Shown here: in pieces, positions 49,824-59,103 of the stretch
How positions within the stretch are numbered: the first letter of the stretch is position 1
Layout: each line of letters begins with the position of its first letter
Assembly: GCA_041736175.1 (NCBI GenBank)
Contig: JBGSUI010000246.1
Span: 32,001-96,000, forward strand
DNA: 64,000 nt
Reading direction: 5' to 3'
DNA from: Oligoflexales bacterium
GTDB taxonomy: Bacteria > Bdellovibrionota_B > Oligoflexia > Oligoflexales > CAIYRB01
Program-made: the position numbers and the translations under genes
Notes under the pieces: generated by a model
What the model saw: the letters and a program-made list of their open reading frames with translations, nothing else
Database searches by the model: none
Told to the model about the DNA's origin: nothing

Positions 49824-51818
49824 ATGCTGCTAAAACATAAAAAAATAAACAACAAATACAAACTATTAAATAGTCGGTGGAATCTGTCGTGTCGCACGGC
49901 AGCTCTAGTTGTAGTCCTTGCGCTCCTGCCGGTCCCCGCCATAGCCTTAACTGGTCAAATAGGTCAAACGACCTCTGGTGGCCAATTTGTGACCGAAACC
50001 AGCAAAAATCTTAACAACCTACCGGCCTTCCGCTTTACCGATCCACAAGCCAGACTGTTTTCAGGTGACGAACGGATCGCGATTTCGCCCTTTGGTCGAT
50101 CTCACAGTGGATGGTCGCTCGTTGGTAACGAAGCTCAGGACCTGATGAGAGGTACTATAGATATATCGACTTATTTAAAGCGCAAGGCTATCAATCTCCT
50201 TGGCACAATCCCCCTAGGGCTGGCCGAGACTGCTATCGATCCAAACACGAGACGATTTGAATACCAAGCAGAAGGAGTAGCCCTCTGCCAGTATCAGGTG
50301 AAAGCACACCAGTTTGCAAACGGTGAGTTTATCGTGATGGGATCCGTTCCTCAGGTCTTGAGTGGTTCTACAGTGTCCCCCCAGGATTGGCCGACATTGG
50401 ACGAAACAGTGTTAGAAACCACGATCCTTCTCCAAAGCCAGGTGGGCGGTGAGGTCGTGGGTACCCCTCGTTCTCCGGTTCGTTGTTATATTGTAGTCGA
50501 TGGTTCTCTGGTCCCGGCTTGGAAGTTTTATATCGATCGTAAGCATGGATCAACCGACGATATAGCGATGCCCGAACTGGTCATAGCGAATCCCCAAGCT
50601 ATTTATGAGCATAGCCCGGCTTATTTTGATGTATCTGGTAAGGCGCTTGTTTACCCCTTTAATCCAGTCAAAACACCGACGATGGTTGATACGGAAATCA
50701 AAAATCTCGTAGGAGATGGATATTTGACCACGGATACTTTGACGACGACGGCGTCGGCCCCCAATAAAAGAGCAAAGGCTGCTGATAACGTCTTTAACTT
50801 TAATGTCGGATCAGCAGAATTTGGTGAGGTTTCGAGTTTTGTCAATGCTTCTAAACACCTTGCGTTTTTGCAAGATCTTGGCTTTGAGTGGTACGGTCCA
50901 AAACCCCTTAAAGTGTCCACTTCCGTTGCTGGGTTAACCAACAATGCGCGATTTGTGCCCAGCTTCAGCGAGGGAACCTCGGGACAAGTGGATATTGGAG
51001 CCGGTGATGGAGCCGTCCTAAAAGGCTTGGAGCTGGACTCCGATGTGGTTTCCCATGAAGTAGGCCACTTTGTCGTCTATCGGTCGATCACCAAGACCAC
51101 GGGAGAATCTCTGGTACTCCACGAGGGCCTTGCGGACTATTTTACCTTTGCACGTTCTAATGACGCCTGTCTCGGCGAGTCTATCTGTCCAGCGGGTGGC
51201 CAAGCTTGTATTAAACCCGGCGCTTGTTTAAGAAGCGGAGACAATAGCTATAAAGTTGACGACTCCCTATGGAAGCAATGGGGGCAAGGAAAAGGTCTTT
51301 TGACTCATCTCCATAGCCAGGTGATTTCGGGAATGCTTTGGAGTCTGCGGGAAAAAGAGATTCCAGGTAACATTCTTGACAAGATGGTCATAGCTGCTAT
51401 TGGCTACCTTCCCAATGATGCGGATTTTTCTAATTTTTTATTGGGCCTAGCCAATGCCGACAAGGCCCTCGCTGCGGGGGCTTATTATCCTAAGATCGAA
51501 GCTGCCGCCAAAGAAAGAAACCTCGGCAACAGGCTCCCTGCAGTATCAGAGACTGGGTCTTTTTCCAAAAATACAGCAAAAGATTCTACCACTGGAACGG
51601 TCACTAAGGAACAAGCCTCAGGACAGACAGAGCCGGGGGCGACCCCAGTCCCAGGTAAGACCACGACCCGCAGCGGCGGAGGTGGTGGGCCCTGTGGAGT
51701 GATCGAGGGTCGCAGTCAGCAAGACACGGGACTAAAAATCAATGCTTCTTACGCGCTCTTATTGGTGCTGCCGCTAGGTTTGGTGTTTGTAAAGCGGCGT
51801 CGAGAGTGTCGGAATTGA
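49824..51818 (+). CDS. Secreted M36/M4-like zinc metalloprotease with C-terminal Gly-Cys-TM-basic sorting signal
   Basis: DSDVVSHEVGH, HEGLADYF; tail GGGGGPCG...YALLLVLPLGLVFVKRRR. Confidence 0.8.
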   Translation: MLLKHKKINNKYKLLNSRWNLSCRTAALVVVLALLPVPAIALTGQIGQTTSGGQFVTETSKNLNNLPAFRFTDPQARLFSGDERIAISPFGRSHSGWSLVGNEAQDLMRGTIDISTYLKRKAINLLGTIPLGLAETAIDPNTRRFEYQAEGVALCQYQVKAHQFANGEFIVMGSVPQVLSGSTVSPQDWPTLDETVLETTILLQSQVGGEVVGTPRSPVRCYIVVDGSLVPAWKFYIDRKHGSTDDIAMPELVIANPQAIYEHSPAYFDVSGKALVYPFNPVKTPTMVDTEIKNLVGDGYLTTDTLTTTASAPNKRAKAADNVFNFNVGSAEFGEVSSFVNASKHLAFLQDLGFEWYGPKPLKVSTSVAGLTNNARFVPSFSEGTSGQVDIGAGDGAVLKGLELDSDVVSHEVGHFVVYRSITKTTGESLVLHEGLADYFTFARSNDACLGESICPAGGQACIKPGACLRSGDNSYKVDDSLWKQWGQGKGLLTHLHSQVISGMLWSLREKEIPGNILDKMVIAAIGYLPNDADFSNFLLGLANADKALAAGAYYPKIEAAAKERNLGNRLPAVSETGSFSKNTAKDSTTGTVTKEQASGQTEPGATPVPGKTTTRSGGGGGPCGVIEGRSQQDTGLKINASYALLLVLPLGLVFVKRRRECRN

Positions 51819-52044
51819 TTTGTAACACTACGAAAATATTGTTTTATTAAATTTAAATCGCACGATGATCCATCGGTGGTTAATAAAACACCAACTGATA
51901 GTTGTTTATAAGTCAAAGAAAATACGGACAAATACTTAGGCACGTTAAGTCCACCTAGCGAAGGCTCCGAGCAACTCCTTGGTACGAGGGAGCGCCGGGA
52001 CCATTTGGGGTTACCCATAAAATTCGCAAAAAGGGGGACAAGCT

Positions 52045-54237
52045 GTGAAAAAAATGATACCAAACAAACTGATTCTAGGTTTCATGGTGTTGCTTAAATT
52101 AATATCTTCATGTTCAACTGATGCGACTTTTTCAGGGAAAAGTCCACAAGAAAAATCGTTGCGACAAGATATTGCAGTCCAAGACGCCGTCGCTGAGTTT
52201 TCCGACAAAACTCCCGACTCCGTCGGCTCCATTGGCTCCATTGACACTAAGGAACCCGAAAAGGACTCATCGAAACCTCTCCAAGAACTCGGTGCGGTAC
52301 GACTAAGTCGGAAATACCCCCTTACCCAAACCACTGAAAAACAGGTTCAGGTTGTCTTGGGGCAGCAGGTGGCCAGTGAAATCATCGATCTTAAGTCGGA
52401 ATTTTACGATGAAAGCCGGCTTTTAACCCAAGACCTGCGCCCGCTTCTTACCCAATTCTTTAAGCAGGGAAGTAGCGGTGAAAAATCTGTGGAATTTTTC
52501 AATCAAAAAACCCTAGGGATTTTGGATTTGCTGATCGTGGTCGACAATTCCGGATCCATGGATAAAGAGCAGGATAACCTTGCAAAACGCCTCAGTGCTT
52601 TGCTTCAGCATATCGACGAGAGCGATTGGCGGATCAATGTAGTGACGACTGACCCAAAAGATGGGTGTTCTCGGGCGCTGCTTAAAAAGGGTGATCCGGA
52701 TTTGATGAAATCATTTGAAGCAGCGGTCACGCCAGGAATCAAGGGATCGGGGCATGAGGAAGGCATCCGTATGTCTGTCGAAGGCTTATCCTGTAAAGGA
52801 GTCGACTGGGTTCGTCCCAATTCTTCCCTAGCGATTTTGATGGTGAGCGACGAAGACAACTGCAGTTTAAAAGGCGAAGACTGCAAAGGCAGTGGATTTG
52901 ATCAACCCATAGCTTTGACGGATCATCTAGAAAAAAAGCTGGGACGAGTTCTAGGAAAAACAGCTCGCTTTTATGGGATTTTTTGGGAACCTGGGACCAA
53001 ATGTAGCACTGGTGAAAAGGAAGCATTTCAATACAGCGAGCTTGTCAAACAAACCAAGGGACAATGGGGTTCCATCTGCGATCTGGACTATACGGCGACT
53101 CTTAAGCGCATCAGTGCTGATGTGAGTGAGTTTTTGACTTCGGAAGTAGAGTTAAAAAATACTCCTGATACAGGTTCCTTAAAGGTATTTGTTAATAAAG
53201 TGGAGCTGACAGGTGGTTACCGAGTCGAAAACAAAAAACTTATTTTTGAAAAGGCCCCTCCCTACCAAGCAACGATCGAAGTGAGATACAGTCATGGAGC
53301 CACGCCTGTCCTTAAGCGATTCCCCATTGCTGAGCCACCAGCTCTCGAAACCATGCAGGTGGTGATCAAAGGCAAAGTTGTCGATCCCGCGGCCTACTCC
53401 TTTGACGAGATCGACCAGTCCCTTGTTTTTATAGAATTTCCAGAAGATAACGTTGAGATTAAATTTCAAGCGCGCAAAAGACTCCCCCTTAAGAAAGACT
53501 TTGAAATAGGGGGCATGCCCGATAACTATACCGCTAAGGTCACCTTAGACGGGAGACTGACCACCAAGTTTAAGATCGAGCTTGTGGACGGAGTCTGGCT
53601 ACTCCGGTTTGAAGATGCTCCAAAAGACGGCCAAAAAATCGTGCTCGCCTTGACCGTCAATAAAGGCCCCATCCTCGAGTACCCCCTCTCGTTGGCAACC
53701 GTGCCGGGTTTTGATTTAGATGCTGTGGTTGACGCGGTGACGGGCCAAGGAGTTAAGTTTGAAGTGTCAGGGTATAGATTGAAATTGGACCCTGACACCT
53801 TTATATCCCATAAAAAACTAAAAATAGTTTATTTGACTCTTCTCTCTAAAGAAGGTGAATTTATACTCCCTGACGGGATCCAACAGGACCAAGTCAAGAT
53901 CCTCGGCGATGAGGCTACGAAAGCGTGTCAGATCACCGGATCACCAGACCAGGATCGTTTGTTTTACTTGGATTGCACCTTGCCTGCTGGTTTTGTGGTC
54001 AATCTGGGTTGGTCCGAAGAGCGACTCGTCGATGGGATTTTCGAGCTGGATATCCGCAGCAACGAGACTGGCGGGCTTTCGATCGAGGATTTTTTAAAGA
54101 CCGGCACATGGTCCCTTAAAATCGACGGACTGCCGATAGCAGACTACAGCCGCGAAGGGCAGACGATCCGCCTTCCTTCTGTCCCGGCGGGGGCAAAGAG
54201 CTTAGAGATCCAAATCGAAGTTCCCGGAACTACCTAG
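52045..54237 (+). CDS. VWA-domain lipoprotein with repeated beta modules
   Basis: ISSC lipobox, MIDAS motif DLLIVVDNSGSM, VSDEDNCS, GSICDLDY. Confidence 0.8.
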   Translation: MKKMIPNKLILGFMVLLKLISSCSTDATFSGKSPQEKSLRQDIAVQDAVAEFSDKTPDSVGSIGSIDTKEPEKDSSKPLQELGAVRLSRKYPLTQTTEKQVQVVLGQQVASEIIDLKSEFYDESRLLTQDLRPLLTQFFKQGSSGEKSVEFFNQKTLGILDLLIVVDNSGSMDKEQDNLAKRLSALLQHIDESDWRINVVTTDPKDGCSRALLKKGDPDLMKSFEAAVTPGIKGSGHEEGIRMSVEGLSCKGVDWVRPNSSLAILMVSDEDNCSLKGEDCKGSGFDQPIALTDHLEKKLGRVLGKTARFYGIFWEPGTKCSTGEKEAFQYSELVKQTKGQWGSICDLDYTATLKRISADVSEFLTSEVELKNTPDTGSLKVFVNKVELTGGYRVENKKLIFEKAPPYQATIEVRYSHGATPVLKRFPIAEPPALETMQVVIKGKVVDPAAYSFDEIDQSLVFIEFPEDNVEIKFQARKRLPLKKDFEIGGMPDNYTAKVTLDGRLTTKFKIELVDGVWLLRFEDAPKDGQKIVLALTVNKGPILEYPLSLATVPGFDLDAVVDAVTGQGVKFEVSGYRLKLDPDTFISHKKLKIVYLTLLSKEGEFILPDGIQQDQVKILGDEATKACQITGSPDQDRLFYLDCTLPAGFVVNLGWSEERLVDGIFELDIRSNETGGLSIEDFLKTGTWSLKIDGLPIADYSREGQTIRLPSVPAGAKSLEIQIEVPGTT

Positions 54238-54248
54238 AGCAGCTGGCT

Positions 54249-54731
54249 TTAACCGGCTTTTTGGAGAGATCGGATAAAATTTTCTGGATGCTCCCCGATT
54301 CGCATGATTCCCCCGCAGTGCCCACAGGTATGGGTGAGTTTTAAGAGATTCTCAAGGTCGACCTCTTTGGAGAGCTTTATAAGTTTAGAGGTATCCTCCT
54401 GGCATTCTTCACAAAAATACTGAGCCAAGATCGATGTGATCTTGGCTTTGTGGGTAAACCCGTGGATGCAGTTTATCTGGATGACAAAATCCACGGCGCA
54501 TTCTTCTAGGGTGATGTCACGATTTTCTAGTTGGTTGATAAACCTTACCCAGGCGATCGCTCCGATGGAGTTGATATGGGTGACCCCTGCTAGGTTGATG
54601 GTGCAGCGGTTTTCTATCTTAGGGATCAGTTCCATAAGCTTTGCGCCAGAGCGCTCATTCAAAGGCCCTCTAATATGTAGAGTCTGAATATTATTGGGTT
54701 TACTGAAGCTCGTATCGAAAGCAATCGCCAT
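54249..54731 (-). CDS. STAS-domain protein with C-terminal zinc ribbon
   Basis: INLAGVTHINSIG; CEEC and CGHC. Confidence 0.75.
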   Translation of the reverse strand: MAIAFDTSFSKPNNIQTLHIRGPLNERSGAKLMELIPKIENRCTINLAGVTHINSIGAIAWVRFINQLENRDITLEECAVDFVIQINCIHGFTHKAKITSILAQYFCEECQEDTSKLIKLSKEVDLENLLKLTHTCGHCGGIMRIGEHPENFIRSLQKAG

Positions 54732-54918
54732 TTTATCACCTCCATCTCTCTAGTAGAACATGCTTTTTCGTCTATGGGAACCCAAAGGGGGAACCCAAAG
54801 GCTCCTTGGATTGCCAGCCTCTGGAGACCTTTTAACACGTAGACTTTGCGGTTTAATTATGGCATATCTCGGGGTCTGTTTCTGATCCAATTTTTGTTTG
54901 GTCTAAGTGAGAAAAACC

Positions 54919-56055
54919 ATGGATGCCGATCTAAGTCCTCTCCCTAATCCTCCCCAGCCTAAACCCCATGCCTTGGCTCTTAAAGCCGATGACTTTCGAA
55001 GCCTGATGGCTTCCCAGGGATACCCGACCTACCGGGCAGACCAGGTGGTCCAATGGGTTTTCGAAAAAAGGGTGTGGGACCCGGATCAGATGTCAAATCT
55101 TTCTAGGGTGATCAGAGAGGGCTTAAAGGATTTTTGTTCCTGGGACCTTCCTAAAATCACCGACCAGCTGGAAAGCCAAGACGGCTCCACCAAACTTCTT
55201 TTAGATTCCCAAAAGGGACTGATCGAAACCGTGATTTTACGTTACGAGGGAAGGACTAGTCTCTGCGTCTCGAGTCAAGTGGGATGCAAGCTCGCCTGTC
55301 GTTTTTGCCAAACGGGTAAGCTAGGGTTTATTCGTCATTTGACCTGTGCAGAAATCCTTGCCCAGTATGCTATTGCCGACCAAATCGTCCGTCAGGAAAA
55401 TCGTAGGATCTCCCATGTGGTGTTTATGGGTATGGGTGAGCCCCTGGATAACTATGACCATGTGGTCCGTGCTGTTAACTTTCTCTCAAATCCGGTCACG
55501 GAGAGTGGTTATGGACTCAGCCGCCGTAACGTTACGGTGTCGACCTCGGGGATCGTGCCCAAGATCCGCACCCTATCCCAAGATGCCCGCTGTGCCCTTG
55601 CGGTATCCCTCCATGCAGCCCAAGACGAGCTTCGAAGCGATTTGATGCCTATCAACCGAAAATGGAATCTTTCGGAACTTAAAGCAGCTCTCTCCGACTA
55701 CCAGGCCGCCACCAACCAAACAATCACCCTAGAATATATCATGATTAAAGATAAAAATGCCGAGATCCAGCACGCCAAAGATCTGGTGAAGTGGATTCAT
55801 GGGCTCAAAGTCAAAGTCAATTTGATTCCATTTAATAGTCATCCTGGCCTGCCCTTTGAACGGCCCGATGATACTACCATCAGAGAGTTCCAAAAATACC
55901 TCTCTGATCGTTCTATTCCAGCACCAGTCCGCTATAGCAAGGGCCTTGATGTGTCGGCAGCCTGTGGCCAACTCGCAGCTAAAGTCTTTGACACCCTCCA
56001 TGGGGCACCTAAACGATCGAGTGTTTTAACTGTCCCAGTACAGGCTAGCATCTGA
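54919..56055 (+). CDS. rlmN: 23S rRNA m2A2503 / tRNA methyltransferase RlmN
   Basis: CVSSQVGCKLACRFCQTG, FMGMGEP, VSTSG, AACGQL. Confidence 0.96.
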   Translation: MDADLSPLPNPPQPKPHALALKADDFRSLMASQGYPTYRADQVVQWVFEKRVWDPDQMSNLSRVIREGLKDFCSWDLPKITDQLESQDGSTKLLLDSQKGLIETVILRYEGRTSLCVSSQVGCKLACRFCQTGKLGFIRHLTCAEILAQYAIADQIVRQENRRISHVVFMGMGEPLDNYDHVVRAVNFLSNPVTESGYGLSRRNVTVSTSGIVPKIRTLSQDARCALAVSLHAAQDELRSDLMPINRKWNLSELKAALSDYQAATNQTITLEYIMIKDKNAEIQHAKDLVKWIHGLKVKVNLIPFNSHPGLPFERPDDTTIREFQKYLSDRSIPAPVRYSKGLDVSAACGQLAAKVFDTLHGAPKRSSVLTVPVQASI

Positions 56056-56075
56056 AGACGAGATTTTAGGGGGGC

Positions 56076-56139
56076 TGAGATTTTTCCACCCAACTGGAAA
56101 AATCTCATGATAAAATTCCAGTTGGGTGGAAAAATCTCA
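56076..56139. repeat. Nested inverted repeats between convergent genes
   Basis: Perfect 24-bp arms at 56076..56099 and 56116..56139; the left arm also forms a 13-bp hairpin within 56076..56107. Confidence 0.9.
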
Positions 56140-56219
56140 TTATGTGGGTGATGTATGAGATTTTATTGGGTTAATGGGAACACCGAGATGTTGGGAGCGT
56201 TTCACCACTTTTTTGCAGC

Positions 56220-56579
56220 TTAGCCTTCATCTTCCTCATCGTCATCGTCTTCCATGTCTTCCCCAAGACCCTGATCGGGATCGTACTGGAGCTGAAAGGC
56301 CAGGTCGACCTCCACATCCGCCCCAAGGAGACGGGCCTGGCAAGCAAGCCGGACCGAGCCATCGAGGGGGAGTGCCATCCGCTTGAGCAGCGCAAGCTCT
56401 TCGGCCCGTGGAGACGACAGGGAGCCGCCCTCTAGGACTTTGATGGCACAGGTGCCACAGCGGCAGGATGCACACCCAAAGCGAATCTCCACGGAAGCCT
56501 TGCGGGCCGCTACCAGGATTTTTGTACCCTCGTCGGCGGTGACGACCACTCCTGAGGGGCGAAAGGTCAAGCGGGCCAA
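56220..56579 (-). CDS. 2Fe-2S ferredoxin with acidic tail
   Basis: CASCRCGTC...RLACQ; GGAGG ribosome-binding site. Confidence 0.88.
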   Translation of the reverse strand: MARLTFRPSGVVVTADEGTKILVAARKASVEIRFGCASCRCGTCAIKVLEGGSLSSPRAEELALLKRMALPLDGSVRLACQARLLGADVEVDLAFQLQYDPDQGLGEDMEDDDDEEDEG

Positions 56580-56598
56580 AGGTGGAGCCTCCCTGTTT

Positions 56599-57825
56599 TT
56601 AGCTTGCGATGTAATCTTCGAGGATCTTGAGGGCTACGGAGGTTTCTTCGACCTCAGGCACCAAAGCAAACCGGGCCCACCCCTTGACGGACTCTGAAAG
56701 CCACGACGAGGGGCTGCTTATGATTCCCAGATCGGCGATATTAAGACAAAACCTCACGTCTCCCGAGCCAAAGATTTTTGGGATTTTAACCCAAAGGTAG
56801 AAGGCGGCTTGGGGAGCTTGGTCAAGAAGCCCCAGCTTTTGAAAGACCGGAGCCGCAGCGGCGATCCTCTGGGTAAATATCTCCCGACGGGCATGGACGT
56901 GCTCGTCGTCGTTCCAGGCCACAGTGGCGGCCCGCTGGATAAAAGTCGGCTGTCCCACGCCGAAATTAGCCCGCGCTTTCAGGAGACCTTTCACGAGATC
57001 GTGGTCGCCAGCGATAAACCCTGCTCGGTAACCCGTCATGCCTGATCGTTTAGAAAGACTCATAAAGGTAAGGACACGGTCTGATGATAGCTGGAGCGGG
57101 GTCATGGGCCGCTCGTCGGTGCGCCAATCGTCCACGGGCTTTTTGTCGAGTTTGGAATCGTAGATATCCACATAGCAGTCGTCTGAGAGGAGGATGGTAT
57201 CGGTCTTATGGCACCACTCCACCATCTGCTCCCAGTATTCCCGCGGCGCGGTGGCTCCCGTGGGGTTGTGGGGATAGTTGACCCAAATGGCAGCAGCATC
57301 CCGTTGGATATAGGGCGGCAGAGTCCACGGCTCCAACAGAAACTGGTTTTCTGCTTCGAGTTTAACAGGAAAAGGAATCCCTCCAGCATATCTTGTCGAG
57401 GATCGGTAGATGGGATAACCGGGATCGGGATAGATGACATGTTTTTTACCGTTGGCGCGGCCTATCAAACACAGGGCCACATGAAAGATCGCTTCTTTGC
57501 TGCCAGACGTCGGGATGATGTCGTAAGCATCGGGTTGGATCCCAAATCTGCGTTCGAGATATCCCTGCTGGGCGAGGCGCAAGGGTTCGCATCCCTTGAC
57601 GCTGGGATACTGGCTGATCTCGGGAAGGTTTTGCAGCAGCGCCTCGCGGATTGGGGGCCAGGTCGGAATCCTTGGGTCGCCGGTCCCGAAGTCGTAGACG
57701 GGCTGTCCCCTGGCGGTCAGCTCGTTTTTAATCCGAGATAGCTCCTCCATGGGGTATTCTTCAAGCTCAAGGGTGAGCTTATTGAGTTTATTGGGGATCT
57801 TTTGTGGGGGCTTGGGAGTTGCCAT
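56599..57825 (-). CDS. Class I/II PLP-dependent aminotransferase (DapC-like)
   Basis: GSKEAI, PGYPIY, NYPHNPTG, DDCY, SLSKRSGMTGYRAG. Confidence 0.88.
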   Translation of the reverse strand: MATPKPPQKIPNKLNKLTLELEEYPMEELSRIKNELTARGQPVYDFGTGDPRIPTWPPIREALLQNLPEISQYPSVKGCEPLRLAQQGYLERRFGIQPDAYDIIPTSGSKEAIFHVALCLIGRANGKKHVIYPDPGYPIYRSSTRYAGGIPFPVKLEAENQFLLEPWTLPPYIQRDAAAIWVNYPHNPTGATAPREYWEQMVEWCHKTDTILLSDDCYVDIYDSKLDKKPVDDWRTDERPMTPLQLSSDRVLTFMSLSKRSGMTGYRAGFIAGDHDLVKGLLKARANFGVGQPTFIQRAATVAWNDDEHVHARREIFTQRIAAAAPVFQKLGLLDQAPQAAFYLWVKIPKIFGSGDVRFCLNIADLGIISSPSSWLSESVKGWARFALVPEVEETSVALKILEDYIAS

Positions 57826-58702
57826 AGTCTTTGGTTCCTAGCAAGTTACGGGTTTCCCAAATTTCAGGAAACAGGCGCTTATTGAGGGTTTGATTCAGAT
57901 ATCGGACTCCACTAGATCCGCCCGTACCCTTGCGACTTCCAATCATGCGCTCGACCATCACCACGTGCCGTTGGCGCCAAAGAAGGATGCCCTCGTCAAG
58001 GTCAATCAGTGCCTCAAGAGCGGTATATAAATCATAATGGCGATCGGGGTCCTGGTAAATGGCTAAGACGGTTTGGGCGACGGATGGCTGTGACTCATAA
58101 GCCACAGTGACGTCGCGATTTAGGACTCGGGGATCGATCGGAAACGAGCGCCTAGCCAGCAGATGGATAAAGGCATCGTAGAGGGTGGGGGCCGCTAAAG
58201 CATCTGCGAGCTTTTGGGTTGCAAAGGCGTCGTGGTGGTGAAATTTAAGATAAGCGGGCTCTTTGGCCCCGAGCCTAAACTCCAGCTCGCGAAACTGCCA
58301 GGACTGAAACCCACTGGCTGGATTGAGGAGGTCGCGAAAGCGATTGAAATCCACAGGAGTCATAGTCTCTAGGACATCGACCTGATGGGTGAGCACGGAC
58401 TGGATCGTCAAGATCCGCCTTAGGGTTCTCTGAAAGGACATCAACTTGCCACCCTTAAGGCAGGCCTCGGCAAGGTTGACTTCATGGAGGATCTGCTTAA
58501 ACCAAAGTTCGTAAACTTGGTGGATTTGGATAAACAGCAGTTCGTCATGCTCGGGGGGCTTAGACAGGCATTGTTGGAGGTCGAGGAGCTCTCGCACTTT
58601 AAGGTAAGACCCGTAACTAACCCCATTTTGTTTAGGGATTTTGAGTTGGTCAAGACTCTGCCGGATGTCGTCGGCGCGGTTGTTGGATGAGATTTGGTCC
58701 AT
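57788..58702 (-). CDS. kynA: Tryptophan 2,3-dioxygenase
   Basis: YGSYL, HDELLFIQIHQVYELWFKQ, PASGFQSWQFR, RMIGSRKGTGGSSG. Confidence 0.95.
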   Translation of the reverse strand: MDQISSNNRADDIRQSLDQLKIPKQNGVSYGSYLKVRELLDLQQCLSKPPEHDELLFIQIHQVYELWFKQILHEVNLAEACLKGGKLMSFQRTLRRILTIQSVLTHQVDVLETMTPVDFNRFRDLLNPASGFQSWQFRELEFRLGAKEPAYLKFHHHDAFATQKLADALAAPTLYDAFIHLLARRSFPIDPRVLNRDVTVAYESQPSVAQTVLAIYQDPDRHYDLYTALEALIDLDEGILLWRQRHVVMVERMIGSRKGTGGSSGVRYLNQTLNKRLFPEIWETRNLLGTKDYGNSQAPTKDPQ

Positions 58703-58950
58703 GGGTCTCGGCTCCCGTTTTAGGCGTTGGGGGTAGAGGGTAGGGTGAATAACAACTCCTCGATTGTGCCGAGACCCTAGCATCAAAGCCTGTAAAACCC
58801 AAGAGGCATTCGGTTTTTAGGGGTTTTTGAGAGTTAGCTCTATGTTTTTTCTTAGCAATTTTAGTGACTTATATTTAGCCAGGTGGCAGTCGGTCATCTT
58901 TGAATTGCCTTGGCATAACGGACCAAAATTACAAACAAATAGGAATCTAG

Positions 58951-58977
58951 TTAAGTTTTTGCAAATAGAGCCGATGG
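58951..58977 (+). promoter_or_regulatory. Sigma28-like promoter upstream of the fibre gene
   Basis: TTAAGTTT-N11-GCCGATGG. Confidence 0.65.
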
Positions 58978-59103
58978 CCTTTGTAAGAACAAGATTTGAG
59001 ATTTGTATAAACGATTGTTCGCAGGTGATCGGTAGGGAATCAAAAAATCAAATGGAGATGCAAACCGATCTCTAAGCCAAAATCCTAAGGAGGGAGTTAC
59101 TTT

